Source of the DNA: Lama guanicoe
Lineage: Eukaryota
Length of the DNA: 64,000 nt
Reading direction: 5' to 3'
NCBI GenBank assembly: GCA_013239625.1
Contig: MU057357.1
Coordinates: forward strand, 20,659,298 to 20,723,297
Within the stretch, counting starts at the first letter, position 1, and the number at the start of each line of letters is the position of its first letter. Shown one piece after another: positions 1 to 9,295 of the stretch. The position numbers were made by a program, and so were the translations under genes. Below the pieces are notes generated by a model. The model had not been told where the DNA came from, did not search any database, and saw only the letters and a list, made by a program, of their open reading frames with translations.

Positions 1-657
1 AGCTCCATTTGTTACTTGTGACAAAGCTTCTAGTCTAACATCTGTCCTGGGTGTCACGCAGGCATAGGAGCCAGCAGGGAGGGCTGGTGAACCTTCGGGT
101 CTATCTACAAGCCTGTTATTGACTTTATTTTCCTAAAGGAGAAACCAAGGTATCTAAGGTTTATTGATTTGCCTATAGTCATGGAGTGAGTCGGCAGGGA
201 ATAGGGAGTAAAACCAATTTCCTGGCATCATTTCCCAAGCACACAGCCCCTTACCTTGCAATGCCTAGACTGGAAGCCAAGAATCCATCTCAGAGAATTT
301 GATCAGAAAACATGAAAGGTGATTCTGAAACCACAGAGGCATTGAGAAAGTCATAAAGATGTATAATATATGATAGCATTTACCAGCTATAAATAGGGAG
401 GCGCAGGGAGAAAAATAGAAACCTTGTACATCCATTGGGTCAGGAGGGATAGAAACTGCTTAATATTTCATTAAAGATGGAGTCTCATAAACTGCACTTT
501 GATGTCTTTGGGCAAAAGACAATACAGGAGGACTGAGGTATTGTTATTCATTACTCTTTGTTATTAATAATTTGAACTGTGATTGAACAAAAACATCAAC
601 AAGGTATATTCTCCCTTTGAGTGGGGCACTCACTGTGTGTTCTGGGCACTGTTTGAC

Positions 658-795
658 TTTTTTTTTTTTTTGGTGGGGGTGGGAAGAGGTAAGTAGGTTT
701 ATTTATTTATGTATTTTCTGATGGAGGTGCTGGGGATTGAACCTGGGACTTCGTGCACACTAAGCATGTGCTCTACCACTGAGCTATATCCTCCC
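658..795 (-). mobile_element. tRNA-derived SINE (camelid Vic-1-like) with poly(A) tail and target-site duplication
   Basis: Minus strand reads gggaggatatagctcagtggtagagcacatgcttag...ggttcaatccccagcacctcc (Pol III A and B boxes), then AT-rich linker and A-tail. Flanked by tgggcactgtttga (643-656) and tgggcactatttga (801-814). Confidence 0.85.
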
Positions 796-944
796 TACTA
801 TGGGCACTATTTGAAGAGGGTGAAAATCCACGGCACTTGTCCACAAAAGCACTTAGTCTGTAAGGGACAATGGGAACTAAAATGCGCTGTTAGAAAGTGG
901 ACACTCCCGGGACACTTCTAAATAAGAAACTCTTGTGAGGAAAG

Positions 945-1110
945 CCTTAGAATCTAGGGGCCAGAACAGACCTTACAAATCAACTCATACAACCCGCTCA
1001 TTTACTAGAGGAGGAAATTGGGGCCCGGGGGAGGTGGAGATATTTGCCCACACTTAGGAGCTAATTAACAGCAGAGTCTGGCTCCTGGTTCAGTGGTGTT
1101 TGGACTTTTT
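945..1110 (-). mobile_element. Degenerate MIR-family SINE
   Basis: ctcatttactagaggaggaaattggggccc...tttgcccacac...gcta resembles the MIR core. Confidence 0.5.
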
Positions 1111-2884
1111 TTGTTCCCACTATGCCCACCGCAGAGTGAGAAGTATAGAAAAAGTTTAATAAAAATAAGATGGTATTCCTTCAGCTAAGGGTCCAAAGAG
1201 TGGAGGGTAGACATGAACATAAGGTCAAGAGCAAACAAAATGCCAGGAAGGAGCTAGGCTTGGAAACAGGAAAGATGATATGAGGCCACGTTGAAAGAGC
1301 CTTCACTTGGTTCCAGAAGAGTGAGCAAAACGGATTAGCAGAATGAAGCTCAATTTGAGCAACCAGGTCATGGCCTAAGGTAGATAAATTGTGGGCTTAT
1401 CTCCCTTTCTGACTGATGCCACTGTAGGCAGAGATCCAGGGGGCTCACCCAAGGCCTGAGGCCACAAGCATCCACGCAAAGGCCAGCCCCCCCCCCCAGA
1501 CGTGGACCCCCGTCCCCCATCAATCGTTTCCTGACTGGGGAAAGATAGAGAAGGTTTCTTGGTGTTGACTGCCAAGGCTGAGAAGTGAAGGGGTCAGATA
1601 AGATAAAACTGGGTATTAAAAACACATAAGACGTGCTGGGTTTCTAAGCATTACCAGCATGGTGTGTGTGCTGTGGATTAGCAGCTGTGTTAAAGTTCAG
1701 TTCCACTCAACGCTCCAATTCTATATTCACGTGGAAATCAAGCCCCCCCACCTCATATGAACTCCTTAGCATCTCCTGATGGAGGCCACACACCGTCACC
1801 GTCCTGGGGGAACAGGCCAGTGGTGGCCCCCCGCTGCTCACAGCACCCGTCCCCAGTAAGAAGAATGCTGCATTTGCTTCTTCCCTGCCAGAGCAAAACA
1901 AAAAAACAAACAAAAAGCCTCTGCCTCATGTTGAATTCTAGGAGAACTGATTAATCTCCTCCCCTTGGATTCAGTTCCTGCAGCCCTTTCCTCAGAGCTG
2001 AAAAGAAAGCCAAGGAATGGGTGTGGCGTGGCCTGGGCTTTCCCAGGCCCCCCTTGCGGTCATCCCTCCCCAAGATTAGATCACAGAGGTTCTGGCATCT
2101 CTCACTTCCTTAGGTCTTCTCCCAGGTGTCTGGCTCTAACCCTCTTTCCTTCTGCTTTCTTGGCCCTTTTTCTTCCCTTGCTTTGTCTTCTCACCCCTCT
2201 TTGTCCTCAGTCACGATGCAGGAAGCAGCCAAGCAGAAACCGAGAGGGATGGGTGGGCAGGCAGTCCTGCCTCGGCGCCCGCTGCGGGCAACAAGGCTGC
2301 AGAGGAGGAAGCTGGCGGCCTGTGGGCTCGGGGGAGCTCCCCTGGAATCGGTGGGCTTAGCATCAGGAACTAGGGGTTTCAGCAGAGTACAGTGGACCAG
2401 GGGACACCTGTTTCCTCCTCTCCTTTCCTCTGTTTCTCTTAAACAGGGCACTTCCCCTCAGTTGGTTGCCAAAGGTGTGATGTCTCTTAGCCTTGCCCCC
2501 CACCGTCAGTGAGGTGCTGTTAAATGGCTCTAATTCTGACCTTTGCAAGTGGGAAATATCAAAGGTTCGAGGTTGCCAAATGGCAGAGTTCCTAGTTACA
2601 GTTCCTAAGGAAAAAAGGACATGTTGTTAATTAGCTCTCAGCTCCCGTGCCGTTCCTTGCTGTTACCCAGAGCATGCTACGTTGGGATTATAAACACACA
2701 GGGAACACATCACCGAACAGCAGCCCTACCTCCATTCCACCCATGCTTGGGGACCTTACGGGCTCCATGACTCCTAGCCACCAACATAAACACTGCAGAT
2801 TTATTAAAAGAGGTGAGAGTCAAGGGAGGAAACCACAAGCCTGAAGCCTAAAAACACGGCAAGGGCTCAAGATCCAGACAGACA

Positions 2885-2990
2885 TCCCTGAGCCTGTTTG
2901 TTCATCAGTAAAGTGGAAATAATAATACTTACCTCCCAGGGTGTTGTAGGCTAATTGTGTTTACACAGTGACTGGCTCAAGGGTATTCAA
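2885..2990 (+). mobile_element. MIR fragment
   Basis: ctgagcctgtttgttcatcagtaaagtggaaataataatacttacctcccagggtgttgt matches the MIR core. Confidence 0.55.
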
Positions 2991-4103
2991 ATAGACCAGG
3001 TCTCCATTCCTCTTGTCCCAGCCTTGTCAGTGCCCAAACAGCTCCCACGCTGGAGGTGCCGTGAACTGAAGCATCTAGTCCCCCTTCCCAGGAGGATTTG
3101 CTAGTCTTTGAAGCCTTAAGCCTTGGCTGTGAGTAGACTTACAGTCACTTGGTTGTTACAGGTATGATTTGAGAGGGATGGTTGGCTAGTTGGTCTTTCC
3201 CTCCATCCTTATCCAGGGAAACCAAGAGAAACTCATGTATACTTGCTCCAGCTACTCTTTTTTTCTTTTTTTAATGGAAAGCACAAAAAAGCATAAGATC
3301 CATATGGCAGTTATTGATTGAGGCCATCTGGTACGCTAGAACTTGTTCCTACCATCTTGGATTAGAAGCTACTCCGAAAAGCCTTTCCTCCCAGAAGAGA
3401 TGCATTGGTCAGATGGGGACAGGGATGGATTTCATTACAAGACGGGCACTGCAGTGAGAGGAAGCCAGAGCAGGACTCCTACGGTCTGTCTGCAACCCTG
3501 ACCCTACAACAAAGACCAGAAAGAACCAAGGAAGTGTTGATTGACACAGGGGCACGAGGGTAGATGGTGCCCGCTACCCTCTCACCCGCGGCATGGAGCA
3601 GGGAGGCCTCTAGGTAACTAACAAAAACAATTGTGAAGCCCTTTGTAATTATGAAACACTGCAAATCTTTCTGTATGCCTGCAACCTGAGGAAGTGGGGA
3701 AGTCAAGTTCAAGCTAGTGAGTGAGGTCAGCTAGCCCTAAAAGATGACATTTCTGCTCCATTTTTAAAGGATACTCTACTTTTTCTCTTCCCCCCCACCT
3801 CAATTTCTGAAAGCTCACAGCCCCTTCCTCTGCTTTGCTCTCAAGCCCAGAGGCAACATTTTCCTTCCCTCCAAAAGTTTTTGTGAAGACCATTTATTGT
3901 TTTCAAGTTAGAGCAGTATGAGAAATTAAATTTTTTTTTTCACGGTGTTTCCGAAATAAGCACTGAACAACAAACCCACTGATTATTTTTAAGGTTGAGA
4001 GAAATACAATTGAACAGAACTGACCCCCCTCAATCAAAGACTGCTCACGTGGCTCAACCGCACGGGGAAATTCAATAACACGGACTTGCGTCTCATGTTA
4101 CAG

Positions 4104-4248
4104 GTGTTCCAAGCCAACAACGATGCCACGGAGGTGGTTCTGAACAAACTGCACTCGCCGCTGCTGACGCGCTTCGTCAGGGTCCGCCCTCAGACCTGGC
4201 ACTCGGGCATCGCCCTCCGCCTGGAGCTCTTTGGCTGCCGGGTCACAG
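4104..4248 (+). CDS. NRP2: NRP2 exon 8 (145 nt), C-terminal part of b1 (F5/8 type C) domain: VFQANNDATEVVLNKLHSPLLTRFVRVRPQTWHSGIALRLELFGCRVT
   Basis: Acceptor ttacag|GTG and donor ACAG|gtaaag. Discoidin signature LRLELFGC. Phase 0 to 1. Confidence 0.96.
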
Positions 4249-4419
4249 GTAAAGTGGGGCTCCTGTGATGTCGGGAAGAGGACTGTGTCCTAGGCTCTGC
4301 TCCCCTTTGAACCCTCTGTAGACAGATGGCTTGGTTTTACCTGTGACTCAGTCTACAGGCATTGAACTCACACTGACTCTAGACTCTGCCTTGCTGGGTA
4401 CCACTTCTTCACGCACACT

Positions 4420-4800
4420 CCCCTCATTCATTCACTGCGCGTGTACTGAGGGAAGACCTGCTGTGTGCCAGGCCCCACGCTGGGAGCGGGAAAGGAACAG
4501 GAGAAGGGAACCAGCAGCTGGGGTCTCTGACATCATGGAACTTCCAGGCTGGTGGGCAAGATAGATAATAAGCAAATGCAAGTCCAGGGATGATCATACA
4601 CTAAGATGCATGTGTGTAGGTAAAGGACAGGGTGCTCTGAGAGGGACTGAGGGGACCTCACGGACTGTTGACTGGAAGTATGGGGACAACCTTTCTGAGG
4701 ATGTGACTCTTAAGCTGGGGTGTGAGTAAAGCTGATGATGACTAAGTGGAAGGGCGTTTTGGGTAGCGGGAACAGCAGTAAAGAGCTGCGATTACACTTG
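4420..4800 (-). mobile_element. LINE2 3' end fragment
   Basis: cattcattcact...tactgag...ctgtgtgccagg...catcatggaacttccaggctggtggg...ctttctgaggatgtgactcttaagctg follows the L2 3' end pattern. Confidence 0.6.
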
Positions 4801-4974
4801 TGGAAGTAAAATCCTAGCCCCAGGAAGGGGTCCATCTAGTTGGGGAAACAATCACCAGGTGACAATTTAGTGCTCAGCTGAGCTCCCCTGCTCACCGCCT
4901 CCAGGGGGGTCATTGGGTGTCTTGTCATCAAAAAAGGATGTGAAAGTCTCTGGCTAAGCATGTGAGATGCTCAG

Positions 4975-5200
4975 CCATGCCAGGCACTGTGCTGCGAGTT
5001 TTATAGACTAACGGAATCCTCACAACAACCCGCAAGAGGTAAGTACTGCTATTAGCCTTCCTTTAGATCTAGGGAAACTGAGGCACAGAGCACTTCAATC
5101 ATTTTCCCAAGGTCACTCAGCTAGTAAGTGACAAAGAAAATGTGAATACAGGCAGTCTGGCACCCAGTCCGGGCTCTTAACCACAGTGCTATCCTACCTT
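4975..5200 (-). mobile_element. MIR SINE
   Basis: tgccaggcactgtgct...aatcctcacaacaaccc...gggaaactgaggcacagag...cccaaggtcactcagctagtaagtg...ctcttaaccac. Confidence 0.8.
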
Positions 5201-5332
5201 GAAATGCAAAGAAATCAGTTCTGACTTAATGTGTTTGATAGTCAGGTTCTTTGACAGCTCCCTGCTGATGGGGGGTGGTCCCAGTTAGGAGGGTACCAGC
5301 AGAACCTCCTGTATCTTCCTCCCTCTCCCCAG

Positions 5333-5682
5333 ATGCCCCTTGCTCCAACATGCTGGGGATGCTCTCTGGCCTCATCGCCGACTCTCAGATCTCTGCCTCC
5401 TCCACCCGCGAGTACCTCTGGAGCCCCAGTGCCGCCCGCCTGGTCAGCAGCCGCTCGGGCTGGTTCCCCCGGATCCCTCAGGCCCAGCCGGGCGAGGAGT
5501 GGCTTCAGGTGGACCTGGGAGTGCCCAAGATGGTGAAAGGCGTCATCATCCAGGGGGCCCGTGGAGGAGACAGCATCACCGCGGTGGAAGCCAGGGCGTT
5601 TGTGCGCAAGTTCAAAGTCTCCTACAGCCTAAATGGCAAGGACTGGGAACACATCCAGGACCCCAGGACCCAGCAGCCAAAG
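5333..5682 (+). CDS. NRP2: NRP2 exon 9 (350 nt), b2 domain N-terminal part: (D)APCSNMLGMLSGLIADSQISASS...KDWEHIQDPRTQQPK
   Basis: Pyrimidine tract ending ctccccag|AT and donor AAG|gtaggc. WLQVDL and FKVSYS discoidin motifs. Phase 1 to 0. Confidence 0.97.
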
Positions 5683-5781
5683 GTAGGCTGTTCCCGGAGA
5701 CTCGCTAACCTTGCCCCAAACAGGGAGGTTGATTTGGGGGTGCTGCTTTCCCGTCTCGACGGTCATCACCAACCCCTATAA
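5683..5781 (+). CDS. NRP2: Intron-9 read-through coding tail of soluble s9-type NRP2 isoform (VGCSRRLANLAPNREVDLGVLLSRLDGHHQPL*)
   Basis: Exon 9 frame stays open to TAA 5779-5781, followed by AATAAA at 5785-5790. It starts VGCS like the known human s9NRP2 tail as recalled. Confidence 0.55.
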   Translation, partial: VGCSRRLANLAPNREVDLGVLLSRLDGHHQPL

Positions 5782-5782
5782 G

Positions 5783-6020
5783 CCAATAAAACAAATATTA
5801 ACTGAGAGATTACTTTGTGTCTGGCCCTCTGCTCCATGCCTTATTTTAACCATTACAACATCTCTAGAAGGTCGATCCTTTGGTCACTCCCATTTTAGAG
5901 ACGACAAAACTGAAGCTTGATGTCACGCTGAAGGTCCCAGAGCACCTGTGGTAGAGTCATGATTCAGACACGAGTCTCTTTCCAGAGCCCAAATGCCTAA
6001 CCACTACTCAACACTGCCTT
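5783..6020 (-). mobile_element. MIR SINE (its tail end overlaps the intron-9 AATAAA)
   Basis: aaatattaactgagagattactttgtgtctggc...cccattttagagacgacaaaactgaagct...aaggtcccagagc...ccagagccc...cctaaccactactcaacactgcct. Confidence 0.7.
5785..5790 (+). terminator. Intronic polyadenylation signal (AATAAA) for soluble NRP2
   Basis: Canonical hexamer 3 nt after the in-frame stop. T/GT-rich 'ttactttgtgtctgg' lies about 20-35 nt downstream. Confidence 0.6.
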
Positions 6021-7544
6021 TCTAGTAACTTGGGCCCTCTATAGCCTCTTTCAGATAAAGTTTCCTTGGAAATGTCCAGACATCCAAAGGGGATGTGTTT
6101 CTTGGAGGCTCAACTATAGGAACTGGGGAATTTACTTCCAAAAACAACTTTTTCTGAATGTTACTGCATGCCTTTGTATTTTCCTGGTCTTGACTGTTTA
6201 GATCTTTCCTGCTTGACACTTGGAGGCTGGGGAGAGGCTAGGGAAACTTACTCAGACCAAAGTGCAGGCCAGTGCAGCGCACCCTCTCCTGCCTTCAGAG
6301 GAATGGTCAGCCCTCAACACGGGCCACGGAAGAGCCCCAGGAAGGGGAGAGGACATGACACCTCTGTCCCTATCCAGGTTAATCTTCCGGTCAGCCAGAC
6401 ATTCCTATCCTCATTGCTAAGTTGCCCCTGGTTTTCCTCAGAAGAGCAGGGCCCCTAACAAGAAAGGGGTATCACATGTCTCTGTTTAACCCCTTTGCTA
6501 AGCAAATGTTTCCATTCTTAATGCAGAAGTGAGGGCTGGGTTGGAGGTTTTGTAATGCTGATGTAAACTCTCAGCTCATAATTCCAGGGGCTTGGAAAGG
6601 CTCAGGGCTTGGTAACTGGAACTTTCAGCAGATGGAGCAGAAATTGGACCACAGGCTTCCCCAGGGACAGCTGACCCTATCTCTTCCGGACCATTCTGGG
6701 GGCCTGGGAAAGGAGATGGTCTTAGCTAGGATCAGAGCCTGCCCTCCCCATGACAGTGGCCCCCTTTCTGGAATTGTGAGCATCCTGCAAAATGAGGTGA
6801 CTCACAGGCCCTGGCACACCAACATTCCCCGAAATCACTGATGCTTGGGTGTGCTCTGGGTTGGTTCCCCCACCTGGCTTCAGCCAGGGCAGCCCCACCG
6901 GCATCAGTTTTATGTAGCACGGTTCTAGGTGAGGTTTCTTTTAACAAAATTTCTTCCACTAGATGAAGGTTGGGGGATCAGGGAACACCATCTTGGACCA
7001 TCAGTGTGTGACCAGAGGACGTTGTCACTAGCCTAGAGAAGAGTTGGTCCCTTTCCCTTCAGCCGCTCAGTGACTTGGGACTTTCTAAATCTAGGCTTTC
7101 AAGCTGGGACCTTTTAAATCTAGACTTTAAAACATCAGGGAAAGAACTTCTTTTTCTTATAAACTGAGAACTTCAGAACAAGCACAAGTGTAAACCCCCT
7201 TCTCTCCTCTCTAGCCACACCCAGCTTAAGACTCATTCAGACCCTAATTCTTTCCTGAATCCACAGTTTCAATCCCAGAATAGAAGACAGAACCCAGCAA
7301 TTACCACTTTCATCTGCTCCCTGTTTTCCATGTTTCTGGGACCCTAACCACCTCCCAAATGAATAAAAACCTTGGTCTGAGAGTGGGGCTCCCCTAGACT
7401 GTAATGTCTGGTGACCATGCATCAGCTCTGCTGCTGCCTTCTGGCTGGTGTGAGGGGTGGGGAGGGGCATGGGGAGGAGGGGCAGCAGGGAGGGGGGAGG
7501 AGGGGTCCCGCTGAGAAGGGCTGGGTGGCCTGTCTCCCCTACAG

Positions 7545-7689
7545 CTGTTTGAAGGGAACATGCACTACGACACCCCCGACATCCGGAGGTTCGACCCAGT
7601 TCCGGCGCAGTACGTGCGGGTCTACCCTGAGCGGTGGTCGCCAGCGGGGATCGGGATGCGGCTGGAGGTGCTGGGCTGTGGCTGGACAG
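7545..7689 (+). CDS. NRP2: NRP2 exon 10 (145 nt), b2 domain C-terminal part: LFEGNMHYDTPDIRRFDPVPAQYVRVYPERWSPAGIGMRLEVLGCGWT
   Basis: Acceptor cctacag|CTG and donor ACAG|gtaagg. MRLEVLGC motif. Confidence 0.97.
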
Positions 7690-7696
7690 GTAAGGT

Positions 7697-7738
7697 CCTC
7701 TTCCCACTGCGGTCTCACCTCCTCCCACTGCGGTCTCA
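7697..7738 (+). repeat. 21-bp tandem duplication (2 copies, 1 mismatch)
   Basis: cctcttcccactgcggtctca / cctcctcccactgcggtctca. Confidence 0.9.
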
Positions 7739-9081
7739 CTCACAGGGTCTTGTGACCTCGGCTTCCTGGGATGCCCCGGGAGGAGGTCAGACCTCCACGG
7801 GGACAGGGCGGAGGGGCAGCCGTCGCTGGTGACATCCCATCAGCTCAAAACCTGGCAGACCCCCAACCCACCCTGGACCCTGCCAAGCTCTGCCTCAGAC
7901 CATGGGTACCTCAGACCACAGGTACTCTGGACTCAGGACAGTTTCTCAAGGGATGTGCTTTGTCTTTTTTAAAGGCCTATTTCAGTCCTCCAACCCGAGT
8001 CTCTCAAAAACAAATCATAACCACACGCCACCTACCCAAATTCAATTAGACCCTGACTCTTCAGGCCAGAGGGCTGTGGCTGTTGATTTAGGGAAGAAAA
8101 AAACCCTCATGATAATAAAGTAATCGGTTTATGTCTGAATCTGGTCTCCAGATGTCAGTGGCTAAGAGACTGCATTTTCATTTCGAAGCCACATCTGTAA
8201 AAAGCATTTATGAGCTCAGGAGGGACCCTGGTGCGGGGGAGCTGCCGGGAACAGGACTTTTTCCCAGTGTGCGGTGTGCGCAGGAGCCTCGCTCCGTCCC
8301 ACCTCCCCCATGCTCAGGCCCTGGGAGCACCTGATTCTCCTGAACGAGGATGAGGCCCACCGGGCATGCCCACCCTTCCTGTTTCCCGGGGAGTGCCCAT
8401 CCTTCCAAATCAGGCCCCACCTTCCCTGCGGGCATCTGCCCTCCTCCCCGGGCAGCGCGGGCACAGATCTCACAGGAGCTGGGGCTTGCTCACCGCCTGC
8501 CAAGCCAGTGCCAGCAGGAGCGCCAGGGCCCCAGGTAGCTCCATTTTCCTGTCTGTGCCGTACCTGTCAGCAGCTTACCCAGCGGGGCGTTGTGAAGGAT
8601 TAATGAGGGCATGTCGGAGAAGTGCTTTGGGCTCCCAGGGAGAAAAGTGCTGCCTGTGTGCCCGTTACGATGGCGCAGAGGGGCAGTCCCGTCGAGGCAC
8701 GCAGGCTGGGAATTGGGCCCAAATTAGCCTTCCTCACCTTTGGATGGAAGGCAGCCCCAATGAACACATTGTAGTGGGAAGACACTTGACTCCCCATCAT
8801 GTCGGTGTGAGGCCACGGTTCCCTGCAGCCTGCTGAGTGTGCGTCACCTGTCCTCTTGCAGGTGCTAAAAACTGCCCCTCCAACAGTGACCCAAGCTGGC
8901 TTCTTATGGCCAGATTCAGAGGGTTAGAGATGCAGGGGACATAGGGGCTTCCAGGCCAGTGGCTTTCCAACATTTCTGACCATCATTCAATTTAGAATAA
9001 ATTTATATCACAACCCTCTTGACTTACAAGCAGGCATGCACACACACAAGCACACACACACGTGTGTGTGCTTATGAGATA

Positions 9082-9295
9082 TAGTATTAAGTGCCTGGAC
9101 TCTGGGGACAGATTGCCAAGCTCAAGTCCTACCTCTGTGATCGCTGGCTGCTTAACCTCTCAGCATCTCAGTTATCTTAGCTAAAGAATGGGGGTGACTG
9201 GGGTACGTGTACACCCCCCACCCAGGATTGTTACGAAGAGTCAATAAAATAGTGGATAGAAAGTACTTAGCCTGCTGCCTGGCACCTAGTAAGCC
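9082..9295 (+). mobile_element. MIR SINE
   Basis: ttaagtgcctggactctgg...cttaacctctcagcatctcagtt...ggattgttacgaagagtcaataa...aaagtacttagc...gcctggcacctagtaagc. Confidence 0.7.

Noticed and set aside
724-795. Possible tRNA gene on the minus strand
   Set aside because: It is followed by an AT-rich linker and poly(A), flanked by a TSD, and has degenerate stems. It is a SINE head, not a tRNA gene.
7237-7743. 168-aa minus-strand ORF
   Set aside because: Antisense to exon 10 and the G-rich tract. Low-complexity translation.
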